The translations under genes and the position numbers were made by a program. DNA of 64,000 nt. It comes from Ostreococcus lucimarinus. Its lineage: Eukaryota. The notes beneath the pieces are model-generated. The model was given only the letters and a program-made list of their open reading frames with translations, searched no databases and was not told the origin of the DNA. Shown piece by piece: positions 47,698-57,310 of this stretch. Every line of letters begins with the position of its first letter. Position 1 is the stretch's first letter. The stretch lies in assembly GCA_000092065.1 (NCBI GenBank), contig CP000591.1; one strand, 5' to 3'.

Positions 47698-48628
47698 TGC
47701 GTTCGACGACGCTGTCCGTCGCCGCGGCGTCTCTCCGACGTTTACACATCGCCAACATCGCGTGCACGTTCGTCGTCATCGCCGCCCTCGCCGCCTTTTC
47801 CGTCATCCCGAAAAATGTCGCCAAGTTCACCACGTCGTACATCGATCGCAACTCGATCGCGCGCTCCGCGCCGCTCGACAAGATGAACAGTTCGCGTCCG
47901 CCGCGCGTCGCCCGCGCGAGCGCGCTCGCGTTCGCGAAGAACCACATCCTCGAGTTCGAATCCCTCAGCGCCTCCCCGTAGCACAGCTCAAACGATATCC
48001 GATTCCCCGTCGCCGCCCTCACCGCGCTCGCCGTAAACTTGTACCTCAACCGCCGCCCCGCGCCGACGCTCACCACGTCCGCGTGTTTATTCGCGCACGC
48101 GCTCGCGAACGCCCGCTCGCTCGTCGGTTCCAGCGCCAGCACGTCAAACTTCTCCAGATCCTCTCCCAGCGCGAGCATCGCGCGCCGCAGCTCTCCCGGC
48201 TCCCCGAACGCGATCGTGCACCGCGCCAGCGTCCCCGCGCCGTCCCGTCCCTCGCTTTCCCTCACCGCGCGCGTCCGCGCCTCGAGCGCCGCGCGCGCCG
48301 TCGCGCGCTGTCGCTTTGCGTCGTCGCTCCCGTCCACGCGCGCGTCGATCGCGCACGTCCGGTACCCTGCGCGCGTCGTCGCTCGCGTCAGTCGCTTTTT
48401 CGCCCATCCATCCGCGCCTCCCCATCGCGCGTTCGCGTCGCGTGCGCGACGCACCGAGCGCGCGCGCGCGGTCGAGCGCGCGCGCCGTCGTCGCCGCGAT
48501 CGTCGCCGCGTCTCCCGCCGGCGCGCGCACCCGCGCGTCGCACGGCGCGCGCATGCGCGCGTCGCGCGATGCCGAGGGCACGCGTCGCGCCGCCGCCGCC
48601 GCACACGACGACGCGCGCGACTCGACAT
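47681..48628 (-). CDS. RPP30: Ribonuclease P/MRP protein subunit p30 (RPP30/Rpp1, PHP-like domain)
   Basis: GYRTCAIDARVDG...FDVLALEPTSERAFASACANKHADVVSVGAGRRLRYKFTASAVRAATGNRISFELCYGEALRDSNSRMWFFANASALARATRGGRELFILSSGAERAIELRSMYDVVNLATFFGMTEKAARAAMTTN is collinear with human RPP30 (GYSVVAINH...FDLISVKPTEKLFHIACTHLDVDLVCITVTEKLPFYFKRPPINVAIDRGLAFELVYSPAIKDSTMRRYTISSALNLMQICKGKNVIISSAAERPLEIRGPYDVANLGLLFGLSESDAKAAVSTN). The Arg-rich N-terminal 60 aa may be 5' leader. Confidence 0.65.
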   Translation of the reverse strand: MSSRARRRVRRRRRDACPRHRATRACARRATRGCARRRETRRRSRRRRRARSTARARSVRRARDANARWGGADGWAKKRLTRATTRAGYRTCAIDARVDGSDDAKRQRATARAALEARTRAVRESEGRDGAGTLARCTIAFGEPGELRRAMLALGEDLEKFDVLALEPTSERAFASACANKHADVVSVGAGRRLRYKFTASAVRAATGNRISFELCYGEALRDSNSRMWFFANASALARATRGGRELFILSSGAERAIELRSMYDVVNLATFFGMTEKAARAAMTTNVHAMLAMCKRRRDAAATDSVVERMDASA

Positions 48629-50261
48629 GCCGCTCGCGCTCGCGCGCGGCGCGCCCGCGCTCGGCGCGACGCGCGTCGCGCTCGAGCGACGCGAACGCGC
48701 GCGACGCGGCGGCGCGACGCGACGCGACGCGACGCCGCGCGCGATGGGGGCGATGGGCGCGACGCGCGCGGGCGATCGCGCGATGACGCGCTCGAGCGCG
48801 ACGCGCGGGTCGGGCGACGATTACGACCTCGACGCGGGCATCGCGGGCGCGACGCCGGGCGATGGATGGACGCCGACGTCGTACGACGGACGCGGGAGCA
48901 CGGGGGACGTGTACCAAGGGCCGGCGCGGCTGGCGGAGGGATTGCGAAGACACACCGTGCTGGTGTACGTCGCGGACGAGACCGGGATGATCAATCGCGT
49001 CGCGGGGGTGTTCGCGCGACGAGGGTACAACATCGAATCGCTCGCGGTGGGGCTGAACATCGACAAGGCGATTTTTACGATCTCGGTGATTTGCAGCGAC
49101 GGCGACGTGGGGAAGCTGATCAAGCAGGTGAATAAATTGGCCAAGGTGCGAAAGGTGGAGAACGTCACGGATAAGGAGTGCGTGGAACGAGGGTTGATGC
49201 TGCTGAAGGTGAAGTGCGAGCCCGAACAGCGGTCGCAGGTGCTGGAGATTAATCGGATTTTCCGAGCGAGCGTGGTGGACGTGGCGGAGCGGTCGCTGAC
49301 GATGTCGGTGGTGGGGGATCCCGGGAAGAATCGAGCGTTTCAGAGCGCGCTGATGAAGTTCGGGGTGATTCAAGTCGCGCGAACGGGGAAGTTGGCGCTG
49401 AAGAGAGAGCCCGTGTACAGCGAGGCTCGGTCTCGTCGAGTGAAACTCATGGAGGCGATGCGAAAGGCGAAGGACGCGGTGAGCGGATTAAACATCAAGG
49501 AGAAGAGCGCCAAGTACGAGAGCATCTTGGCGTCACGAATCGTTCGCGCGGTCGCGGGGATGGAACACGACGATGACGGCGACTTGCACGTCGGCGACGT
49601 GTACACGTCGCTCGAGAACGACGAAATCGGAGTGTGGGACGTCCCCGTGCTCAGCTCTTCCTTCTCGGGACTGGGGCACGGTAGCGACAAAGTCGACATC
49701 GACAAGATGGACGAAAACGCCAAGTACACGCCGCACACTATCTCTATTTTGGTCGATAACCGCCCGGGCGTGTTGGATTCCATCACCGGCGTGTTCGCTC
49801 GTCGCGGGTACAACATTCAGTCCCTCGGCGTCGGCCCGGAAAGAACTTTCGACATCTCTCGCATTTCCACCGTCGTTCCGGGCAGTACCGAAGACATCGC
49901 GATGCTGCTCAAGCAAATCTTAAAGGTGCCTTACGTCATCTCCGCCGAAGATATCACGATGACGCCGTTCACGGAGCGCGAACTCATGCTCATCAAGGTC
50001 GTCAGCTCTCGCGCGCAACGAGCAGAAATTATCGATTTGTGCGGCATGTTCCGAGCCAAGGTGTGCGACATCTCCGAAGACACCGTCACCATCGAAGTCA
50101 GCGGGCGCCAGCGTAAGATTAACGCCATTCAAGCGCTTCTCGAGCCGTACGGGATTCTGGAAGTTGCGCGCAGCGGTCGCGTCGCGCTCCCGCGCGATTC
50201 GGGCGTCGATTCCAAGCTCATGATGGCGATCGAGTCCGAAAGCGATCTCGACAAGTGGTAA
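48627..50261 (+). CDS. Acetolactate synthase small (regulatory) subunit, plant-type with tandem duplicated ACT-domain repeats and a presequence
   Basis: Internal ATG (aa 197) of ORF 48039..50261. Two ilvH-like repeats: HTVLVYVADETGMINRVAGVFARRGYNIESLAVG... and HTISILVDNRPGVLDSITGVFARRGYNIQSLGVGPE..., each followed by a C-terminal ACT-partner region. The upstream ORF portion overlaps RPP30 antisense and is shadow. Confidence 0.8.
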   Translation: MPLALARGAPALGATRVALERRERARRGGATRRDATPRAMGAMGATRAGDRAMTRSSATRGSGDDYDLDAGIAGATPGDGWTPTSYDGRGSTGDVYQGPARLAEGLRRHTVLVYVADETGMINRVAGVFARRGYNIESLAVGLNIDKAIFTISVICSDGDVGKLIKQVNKLAKVRKVENVTDKECVERGLMLLKVKCEPEQRSQVLEINRIFRASVVDVAERSLTMSVVGDPGKNRAFQSALMKFGVIQVARTGKLALKREPVYSEARSRRVKLMEAMRKAKDAVSGLNIKEKSAKYESILASRIVRAVAGMEHDDDGDLHVGDVYTSLENDEIGVWDVPVLSSSFSGLGHGSDKVDIDKMDENAKYTPHTISILVDNRPGVLDSITGVFARRGYNIQSLGVGPERTFDISRISTVVPGSTEDIAMLLKQILKVPYVISAEDITMTPFTERELMLIKVVSSRAQRAEIIDLCGMFRAKVCDISEDTVTIEVSGRQRKINAIQALLEPYGILEVARSGRVALPRDSGVDSKLMMAIESESDLDKW

Positions 50262-50297
50262 CGCGAAATTTATCAATCGAATACAACAACACAGATC

Positions 50298-51227
50298 CTA
50301 CGCCTCGCCGAGCGCCCCAGGAAACAGGCGTAAAAAGTTATCGCCTCTAATATTCGCGAGGAGCGCGGGATCGTCGTCGCCTATTTGCCGCTCGAGCACT
50401 CGAACCGCGTCGGCGTAGCCTCCCTCCTCGGCGGTGACGAAAGGGTAGTCCGACCCCCAGATCAATCGATGTGGACCGAACACCTTGACGAGCTCGCGCA
50501 ATTGCGTCGCGGTCGAGTCGCCTCCGTCGCTCGTTTCTATGCGCACGCGGAAATGCGCCGAAACCTTCACGCTCACTTGTGGGAAGTCTCGCCCGAGCGC
50601 CTGTAACAACTCAAAGTTCGGATCATCCACGCCCTTGGTGAATCCGAAGTGATCGATCAGCACCGGCACCGTCGGTTCCGCTTTGAGAAGAGCGCGAATT
50701 TCGTCCACGTGCAAATCAAGTCCGTTGAAGCACATGAAACCCACCACCGCGGGCGGCGTTCGCGCCGCGCACGCGCGCATCATTTTTCTCCCTATTTCGC
50801 CATCCATACCCTTGCCATTCGGCCATAGCCCTGGATTGAATCGGACGCCGCGAAAACGTCCCGCGAGGAGCTTCTCCAACGCCTCGACGCCGGCGTCTCC
50901 CGCGCTCGGGTTCGCCAGACACATCCCCACGAAGCGATTGGCGTGCGTCTCCAACGCACGCTCTACGTACGTGTGATCGAACCCTAGGTTTATCGGTTGC
51001 ACGATCATCGCCGCGCGCACGCCGTTGGCGTCCATCGCGGCGATGAGCTCATTCGCCGCCCCGGGAACTGGAGGCGCTTTGCCGTCTTCGTACGCGAAAT
51101 CCTCCGCGCTCGGCCACACGTGCACGTGCGCGTCGATTATGGACGCGCGCATCGCGATGCGCCGGCTCGAAACGCGCGTTGAGACGGTGACGCTCGGTCG
51201 AACTCGCCTCGCCGCGGCCGCGAGCAT
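50298..51227 (-). CDS. Amidohydrolase-2 family metal-dependent hydrolase (ACMSD/LigI/lactonase-like), presequence-like N-terminus
   Basis: IIDAHVHVW metal-binding N-terminus, then HANRFVGMC, VRFNPG, PVLIDHFG, LIWGSDYPF (TIM-barrel amidohydrolase_2 signature order). The track ORF opens on GTG at 51275. I used the ATG at aa 17 (51227); the next ATG (aa 42) is 51152. Confidence 0.75.
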   Translation of the reverse strand: MLAAAARRVRPSVTVSTRVSSRRIAMRASIIDAHVHVWPSAEDFAYEDGKAPPVPGAANELIAAMDANGVRAAMIVQPINLGFDHTYVERALETHANRFVGMCLANPSAGDAGVEALEKLLAGRFRGVRFNPGLWPNGKGMDGEIGRKMMRACAARTPPAVVGFMCFNGLDLHVDEIRALLKAEPTVPVLIDHFGFTKGVDDPNFELLQALGRDFPQVSVKVSAHFRVRIETSDGGDSTATQLRELVKVFGPHRLIWGSDYPFVTAEEGGYADAVRVLERQIGDDDPALLANIRGDNFLRLFPGALGEA

Positions 51228-51293
51228 GGTTATGCGGCTGCGCAGCTGCGGCGTCGAGAGGAACGCACTTCTCACGAGAGCGGTGAAACAGTT

Positions 51294-52403
51294 TTAAGCC
51301 TCTTCGATGAGCGCTAACACTTCCAGCGCGGTGCCTCGACACAGCGTCACGCCCGCGCCGCCGTGACCGTAGGCGTGGATGAGCGTCGCGTCCGCCGGGT
51401 CTCGTTCGCATCGAACTACGGTTCGCGAGGGGCGCAGACCGACGTTTGTGCCGATGACTTTCGTTTCATCGAGCTCAGGCCACAGCCGTTTACACTTCGC
51501 GATGATATCTCGCTCATCTGCGTCGTCTGGCTCGAGTGAATCGTTGTCGACTTGCGCCGTTCCGCCGAGAACCGTGCAGTCGGCTCGCGGGATCAAATAC
51601 GCGAGAGCGTTGGGATCGTCGTCGAATAATCCGTAGCCGCAATCTTGCTTCAGGTACACGACTTGTCCTCGCACCGGCTTGACGAGATCGTCGTTCACCA
51701 GGCGCCTCGCGCCGAGACCCGTGCAATTGACCACGAACGCTCGCTCGCTATTCGACGCGAACGCTCTCGCCTCCCGCACGTCTGCGAGCGTCCGCGTCTC
51801 AAATTTCACCCCCAGCGCTTCGCATCGCGTCCTGAGCCAAGGCAAGAATTTAGGCATCGCGATCACGGGCACGTCGAACTCGTATCCACCCGCGTATTTC
51901 TCGTCGTGCTCTCCCCGTTCGAGCGCGCGGTAGTGCTCCACCGCGTTCGCCCATCCCGCCGCCGGCGCCGGCGCCTTTAAAAATTCTCGACATCGTCGCA
52001 TCTCCACCCCGCACGCCCCGTCCTCGCGCGCGAGCTCGCGATACCACTCGTACGATTTAATCGCCCACGCGTCGCTCAGCGCCGCGGGTTCCGTGCGCAC
52101 GATGAACGGGAACCAAAACGCCGCCGCGACGCTCGACGTCGTCCGCTCGAACGACGCCGCGACGACGCGCACGTCCATCCCGCGCTCCGCCAGCGTCAGC
52201 GCGACCGTCAGTCCGATGACGCCGCCGCCGACGACGACCGCGGACGCGTCGCCGTCCGTCGCGTCGGCCCTCGCGCCGGCGCGCGCGCGCGCGCGACGCG
52301 CGACGGTTCTGGTCGCGCCGCGCCTCGCGACGTCCGCCGTCGCGCGCCGCGGCGCGCGCGCGTCGCGGCGCGACGACGCGCGAGGCGCGCCGCGCGCGCG
52401 CAT
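51294..52403 (-). CDS. D-amino-acid oxidase / D-aspartate oxidase family FAD-dependent oxidoreductase
   Basis: N-terminal dinucleotide fold VVVGGGVIGLTVALTLAERG. DAO-like internal blocks (AAAFWFPFIV, VPVIAMPKFLPWL, VVNCTGLGARRL, VRGQVVYL) and the C-terminal HAYGHGGAGVTL signature (DAAO YNYGHGGYG). Start set at the internal ATG (aa 95) to avoid running into the divergent neighbour at 52657. The first ATG is 52685. Confidence 0.75.
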   Translation of the reverse strand: MRARGAPRASSRRDARAPRRATADVARRGATRTVARRARARAGARADATDGDASAVVVGGGVIGLTVALTLAERGMDVRVVAASFERTTSSVAAAFWFPFIVRTEPAALSDAWAIKSYEWYRELAREDGACGVEMRRCREFLKAPAPAAGWANAVEHYRALERGEHDEKYAGGYEFDVPVIAMPKFLPWLRTRCEALGVKFETRTLADVREARAFASNSERAFVVNCTGLGARRLVNDDLVKPVRGQVVYLKQDCGYGLFDDDPNALAYLIPRADCTVLGGTAQVDNDSLEPDDADERDIIAKCKRLWPELDETKVIGTNVGLRPSRTVVRCERDPADATLIHAYGHGGAGVTLCRGTALEVLALIEEA

Positions 52404-52656
52404 GTCGCTCGACGCGCGCCGCGCGACGCGCGACGCGCGCGACGCCGCGCGGTGATTTGTACGGCGTCGATCCAACGGCCGACGGCGGTCGACGACGCCG
52501 CACACGACGACGCGACGCACGGTCGAGCCGAGGCGACGCGCGCGCGAAGGACGCGCCGAGGACGCGCCCGTCGCGCGCGAACGCCGCGAATCGACGCGCG
52601 CGCGAGGGAGATCGACGACGCGAGGGCGTTGAATTTGAAGGATTGGATTCGTCGAG

Positions 52657-54330
52657 ATGAATTCTGAATTCACGCCGGAAAACACGCGCTCGAACGCGCT
52701 GTTCGCGTCGGACGCGGCGCTGGACGCGGTGTCGACGCCGGGCGGCGACGCGCCGCGCGATGGGTTCGAATTCGAGGCGCTGAAAGACCCGAGGATCGAT
52801 TGGGGGGCGATCGCGCGGTGCGACTCGAGAGACGCGCGGCGACGACGCGATATCGACGCGCTGGAGAGCGTGCTCGAGGCGTGCGTGCGAGCGGACGTGG
52901 ACAGCGTGACGAATCAAGACATGTGCGAACCGAAACGGGGGCGGGAGCTGACGAAATTGCTGCAGATGTTGGTGGAATATTTGTTGCACGTGCAGGAGGC
53001 GCTGAGCGAGGGCAAGGCGAAGGCGGAGCGAGACGCGGAGGGGTGGAAGGATCGGGCGAGGACGGAGCGAGATGAGGCGAGAAAATCCGCGAGGGAGTTA
53101 AGGCTGGCGATGGAGGCGCACGAGGCGGAGTTGATCGCGGTTGCGGCGGAATACGCGAAGAAGAGGAATAATCCGGATAACGCCGAGCTCGAGGACGCGC
53201 GCAGGCGAGGGGAGTCGATGGCGGCTGAACGCGCGGCGAAAGACTTGGAAAAGCGATTGCGCGAACAAAGAGAGCTTTTCGATAGTGCCGTCGATCGCAT
53301 GCGCGCGGCGCACGCGGAGGCGCAGGCGGAGGCCGCGCGCGAGTTGTCGGCTCGAAAGGCGGAGCTCGCGTCGGCGCGCGCGCAGTACGTGGCGTCATCG
53401 ACGGAGTCCACGAAGGAGGCGAATAGGATGGTCGCTGACGCACAAGCGCTCATTCGTGAGGCACGCGAGAAGGCGGAGTTGGAAAAGTCCAACGTCGCGC
53501 GCGTGCGCTCCGAGCTCAACGCTGCGGTGGAGGCGACTCAAAGGCACAAGCGTTCGTTGGTCGACGTCAAGTCGGAGCTCACGCGACTCAAGGAAGATTT
53601 CAAATTCGAACACGAGTCGAACGCCGAGTTACGAAAAGCACTAGAGCGCCGCGACGAAGAGCGCAAGTTGATGCGCGAACAAATTGAGCGTCTCCACGGC
53701 AAGCAGAAATCGTCGATGACGGAGGAAATGGCCGAGTTGACGAACATGCGAGAACTGGCAAAGAACAACTACGCCGAAATCGAACGCCTGAAGCGCGAAA
53801 ACGAAGTGCTTCGCGAGGATAAGAATGCACAATCCACTTGGGTCGCGGAGGAAAAGAAGCGTTGGGTGTCGGCGAATGAGCAAATCTTACAAGCCGAGTT
53901 GACAGAGAAGGACAACGCCATCGCTCAGTTGCGCGAAGAGATTTCGCAATTGAGAAACGACATCGCCACGGAGCGTTCGCGCAAGATGATCACGATTAAA
54001 CCAATCATCGCAGAGTACGAGGCTCGAGCGCAAGCTGCGCCGCCCGTGGCCCCCAAACCCGCGGTGAAGGCAGCGAAAGCGCGCAAGACGCTCGAGCCCC
54101 CGCCGAGCGACGTCCAAGACATGGATGGGGCGCTCCACGCCGCCATGCTTGATCTCGACGTCGACTTGGACGCGGTCGCCGAGGCTGGTTTGGACGACGC
54201 CACGTTCCAGGAAGCTATGGCGAAGTTCGAAGCGGTTCAAATGCAAGACGTACCGAAGGAGTTGCGCGCAAAGTATGCGTTGTCGCGCGCTAAGATTCAA
54301 AAGGAACTCGACGGCGTCGCGGTTCGTTGA
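52657..54330 (+). CDS. Coiled-coil protein with a DZIP1/Iguana-like N-terminal domain (candidate cilium/basal-body protein)
   Basis: True ATG at 52657. N-terminus FEFEALKDPRIDWGAIARCDSRD...IDALESVLEACVRADVD...LTKLLQMLVEYLLHVQEAL resembles the Dzip-like N domain (F.F...IDW..I...D...LE..L...KLL.L.QL.IEYLL..Q). The remaining 400 aa is continuous heptad coiled coil. Moderate-to-weak call. Confidence 0.4.
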   Translation: MNSEFTPENTRSNALFASDAALDAVSTPGGDAPRDGFEFEALKDPRIDWGAIARCDSRDARRRRDIDALESVLEACVRADVDSVTNQDMCEPKRGRELTKLLQMLVEYLLHVQEALSEGKAKAERDAEGWKDRARTERDEARKSARELRLAMEAHEAELIAVAAEYAKKRNNPDNAELEDARRRGESMAAERAAKDLEKRLREQRELFDSAVDRMRAAHAEAQAEAARELSARKAELASARAQYVASSTESTKEANRMVADAQALIREAREKAELEKSNVARVRSELNAAVEATQRHKRSLVDVKSELTRLKEDFKFEHESNAELRKALERRDEERKLMREQIERLHGKQKSSMTEEMAELTNMRELAKNNYAEIERLKRENEVLREDKNAQSTWVAEEKKRWVSANEQILQAELTEKDNAIAQLREEISQLRNDIATERSRKMITIKPIIAEYEARAQAAPPVAPKPAVKAAKARKTLEPPPSDVQDMDGALHAAMLDLDVDLDAVAEAGLDDATFQEAMAKFEAVQMQDVPKELRAKYALSRAKIQKELDGVAVR

Positions 54331-54361
54331 AATATGTATTAAAGTCTCATATCAATCTCGT

Positions 54362-56080
54362 CTAAAGCTCGCAAAATTCACCCGTCTCCTCGGCAATCGA
54401 CTGCTCCGTGCGACGGACGATTTCAATCAAATCTTCTCCGCCGATCGCGCCGTAACGGAGGCAGTGCGTCTCGACCATGACGTTCGTCGCGTCGACGACT
54501 TCGCGCGAATCCTTACCGAACGTTCGCCGCGCGTTGTTCGCCAACATTGTGCTCTGTTTGCACGCCGCGAATCCACCGGCATCCACCGCGCTCAAATCCT
54601 CTATGATCGTCTTAACGAGCGCGTGCTTCATCTCGCCCGCTCCTGTGACCGAAAGCGCGAGCGAAAGAGATTCGTACATCGAGTAGCACGACATGCGCGC
54701 CATGGCGAGCTGCGCGCGACTGAGATTGAGCGCCGCGAGGCGACTCTCGTACCACCCTCGAAGCTCGATCAACGGGTTCACGTTCGGCACCGTCTTGCCC
54801 TTCGTTTTCTTCATCTCCGCCAACTCTTCCTTGAAATCCTTGAGCACGGGCTTGAGCTTGCGCTTGAGCTCGTTGACCGCGCACGTAATCGGCCCGGCGC
54901 CCTCATCGTTTTCTTCCGCCTCGTCGGCTTTCTTTTCCTCGCTCACGTCGCCCGTGGATTCGAAAGCGCATCGCGCGCAGTTGCACATGTACCCGCGTCG
55001 ACTGGCGAACGCGTCGCGGTCTTTCTTCGGCATGAGCGTGTCGTAGTACTTCATCGTAATCTCCGCCCCCGCCGGGAGATTTTGCGAGGCGAAGACGAGC
55101 ATGATTTGCCCGACGTTGATGCGATGGCAATTCGGCGCGCACGAGTGGTTGATGAAGCTCGGCAGCGGCCAGACGCCGCACAGACGGCGCCCAGAGATGG
55201 CGCAGTTGGCGACGACTTTCGGGATGAACGCCAGTTCTTCCGGGCTCTCGGGCGCGGGTGCGTTTTCCTTATTCGCCGCGCTGATGTGCTTGCGAAACAC
55301 GCTCATCTCCGGCGCGTCTTTTTGTTCATCCTCGCTCGACGCCGGCAGAGCCTTGAGAATCGCCCAATCGGCCGGGTGCGCGCGCGCAGCCTCGTAAAGA
55401 CCGCGGACGAGGTTTTGTTCCACCGTCTTGCCGAACGACGCCGAGCTCAGCGGGCTCTGCACCATGAGCAAATCTCCCGCCGCGACGGCGCTCGTCGTCA
55501 CCAAGCCGCGACGACCGTCGGAGAGCTTGGACACTCGAACCACACCGATGTAATCCGCACAACGGCGGAAACTCGCACCCATGCGGTTCAAATACAACGC
55601 TCCGAGATCGTACGCCCCCGTGAACGCTTGCGCCGTGAGCATATCGCATTCGAGCTTGACTTTTTCCAGCGTCGCCCGAACCGCCGCGTCCTCCGGCGCG
55701 TCGGCGAGACGCGATCCCTCATCTGCCGTCTTCGCCGCATCCACGTATCGCGCCATCCCGTTCAACGCCATGCTCTTCTTATAAATCGCCTTCAGTTCCA
55801 TCGCCTTATCCCCCTTCGAGCACTCCAACGCCTTCGTCGCGCACTCCAACGCCTTCTCGAACACTCGCGCTCGCAAGTAGCACTCCGCCTTGTTCGCGTA
55901 CGCGCTCGCGTCCGACCCATTCAACTTCAGCGCCGCGTCATACGCCGCGATCGCGCCGAGATAATCCCCCTTCGCAAACTTTTCGTTTCCTTCCACTCGA
56001 ATCGCGTCCGCTTCGTCCACTTTCTGCGCCTTCTTCGACTTCGGCAGCGCCGCGCCCATGCCGCCCAGTCCGAACGGCAT
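54362..56080 (-). CDS. TPR + SET domain lysine methyltransferase-like protein
   Basis: Internal ATG (aa 367) of ORF 54362..57178. N-terminal TPR triplet (ADAIRVEGNEKFAKGDYLGAIAAYDAALKLNGSDASAYANKAECYLRARVFEKALECATKALE). SET core (GRRGLVTTSAVAAGDLL...FINHSCAPNC...MLVFASQNLPAGAEITMKYYD) and a post-SET Cys cluster (GYMCNCARC). The upstream part of the track ORF is Ser/Ala/Arg shadow. Confidence 0.7.
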   Translation of the reverse strand: MPFGLGGMGAALPKSKKAQKVDEADAIRVEGNEKFAKGDYLGAIAAYDAALKLNGSDASAYANKAECYLRARVFEKALECATKALECSKGDKAMELKAIYKKSMALNGMARYVDAAKTADEGSRLADAPEDAAVRATLEKVKLECDMLTAQAFTGAYDLGALYLNRMGASFRRCADYIGVVRVSKLSDGRRGLVTTSAVAAGDLLMVQSPLSSASFGKTVEQNLVRGLYEAARAHPADWAILKALPASSEDEQKDAPEMSVFRKHISAANKENAPAPESPEELAFIPKVVANCAISGRRLCGVWPLPSFINHSCAPNCHRINVGQIMLVFASQNLPAGAEITMKYYDTLMPKKDRDAFASRRGYMCNCARCAFESTGDVSEEKKADEAEENDEGAGPITCAVNELKRKLKPVLKDFKEELAEMKKTKGKTVPNVNPLIELRGWYESRLAALNLSRAQLAMARMSCYSMYESLSLALSVTGAGEMKHALVKTIIEDLSAVDAGGFAACKQSTMLANNARRTFGKDSREVVDATNVMVETHCLRYGAIGGEDLIEIVRRTEQSIAEETGEFCEL

Positions 56081-56486
56081 CGCTCTCGCGCGCGCGCGTC
56101 GACGCCCTCGCCTCGAGTCTCGCTCGCGTCTGCGTCGCGCGTTCGATCGCGCGTCAGTCATCGCGCCGCTTCGTCGCGCGCACCGTTCGCCGTTCCGCGT
56201 CGCGTCGCCGTCGCCGTCGCCGTCGCGCGCGATATCTCGCGCGCTGTATTCGTTATCCACAACGTCGCGCGCGTTCGAGCCTCGCGCGTCGCGCGTCGCG
56301 CGCCTCGCGCGTCGCTCGCGCGCGCACCCGCTCGATGATTCGCTCGCGCTCGCGCTCGACCTCGCGTTCGCGCTCGTCGCGCGCCGCGCGTCGTCGTCGT
56401 GTGCCGTCGCGCGCGTCGTCGACTGTCGCGAAAGATCGTCTCGATTCGTATGGGTAAACAGTGAGACACCCAGCACACGTCCGCAC

Positions 56487-57224
56487 ATGTCCGCGCCCGT
56501 CGACGTCGCGCGCGCCGCCGCCGCGCGCGTTCGCGCGGACGCGTCCAGCACCTCGCGCGCGGGCTCCGGCGTCGTCGTGCGCCACCGCGGCGTCGCGTGC
56601 GTGCTCACCGCCGCGCACGTCGCGTCGTTCGCGGGCGCGAAGAATGCGCTTCGCGTCGAGCTCGCGAGCGGCGCCGCGCGGCGCGGGCGCGTCGTCGGCG
56701 TGCACGACGCGCTCGACCTCGCCGTCGTGTACCTCGACGGCGACCTCGACGGCGCGGCGACGATGGAGCCGGGCGAGGCGCGCGTCGGCGACGAGGCGCG
56801 CGCGCTGGGGACGGCGCAGCGGTACGCGGCGGCGACGGCGGCGTGCGCGGACGCGATCCGAGGACGACGCGAGACCGGACGCGTGTTGAAGATACACCGC
56901 GATGACCGCGGTGACGACACGCACGCGATGCACGACGCGCGCGTGCTGGCGGGACAGTCGGGCGGGGCGCTCGTGCGCGAGACGGATGGGAAACTGTTGG
57001 GCGTGCACAGTTTCGGCGACGCGTTTTGGGGCGGGAGCAGGGACGTGTGCGTGCTGGTGAACGCGGCGACGCTGGACGCGATCGAGATCGCGCGCGATGG
57101 CGTCGATCCCGAGGTGTACGCGACGGCGCGGGTGAACGCGATGATTTTTCGTTCGAGCGACGAGGCGCTGAAGCGCATGGCGCCCGAGTTGTCGGCGAAG
57201 CAGCGCGCGTCGTGGATCTTTTGA
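56487..57224 (+). CDS. Trypsin-like (S1/chymotrypsin-fold) serine protease domain protein, small (245 aa)
   Basis: Internal ATG (aa 144) of ORF 56058..57224. Catalytic-triad context in order: GSGVVVRHRGVACVLTAAHV (His), DLAVVYLDGD (Asp), VLAGQSGGALVRETDGKLLGVHSFG (GDSGG-type Ser). The antisense ORFs are Arg-rich shadows. Confidence 0.5.
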   Translation: MSAPVDVARAAAARVRADASSTSRAGSGVVVRHRGVACVLTAAHVASFAGAKNALRVELASGAARRGRVVGVHDALDLAVVYLDGDLDGAATMEPGEARVGDEARALGTAQRYAAATAACADAIRGRRETGRVLKIHRDDRGDDTHAMHDARVLAGQSGGALVRETDGKLLGVHSFGDAFWGGSRDVCVLVNAATLDAIEIARDGVDPEVYATARVNAMIFRSSDEALKRMAPELSAKQRASWIF

Positions 57225-57244
57225 TCGGTCGCGTCGATCGGTGA

Positions 57245-57249
57245 TGTAA
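57245..57249 (+). promoter_or_regulatory. TGTAA, candidate poly(A) signal 21 nt after the protease stop.
   Basis: tcggtgatGTAATactagtgattgttg directly 3' of the stop at 57224 (the TGTAA reads gaTGTAAtac). Confidence 0.3.
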
Positions 57250-57310
57250 TACTAGTGATTGTTGTTTGTTGATTGCGCTAAACGATGCGGCGAGGTGCCG
57301 CGCTAGGAGG

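Noticed and set aside
47762-49135. 457-aa plus-strand ORF and the 409-aa minus ORF 48144..49373
   Set aside because: Both are Arg-rich alternate or antisense frames across RPP30 and the AHAS small-subunit presequence. The real frames are identified by the PHP-like and ACT-domain motifs.
51276-51293. Amidohydrolase start at the track position 51275
   Set aside because: The codon at 51275..51273 is GTG (plus strand cac), which is not a eukaryotic initiator. The start was moved to the in-frame ATG at 51227 (alternative 51152).
54125-56338. 737-aa plus-strand ORF antisense to the TPR-SET gene
   Set aside because: Arg/Leu-rich with no domain, while the opposite strand has canonical TPR and SET (NHSCAPN) motifs.
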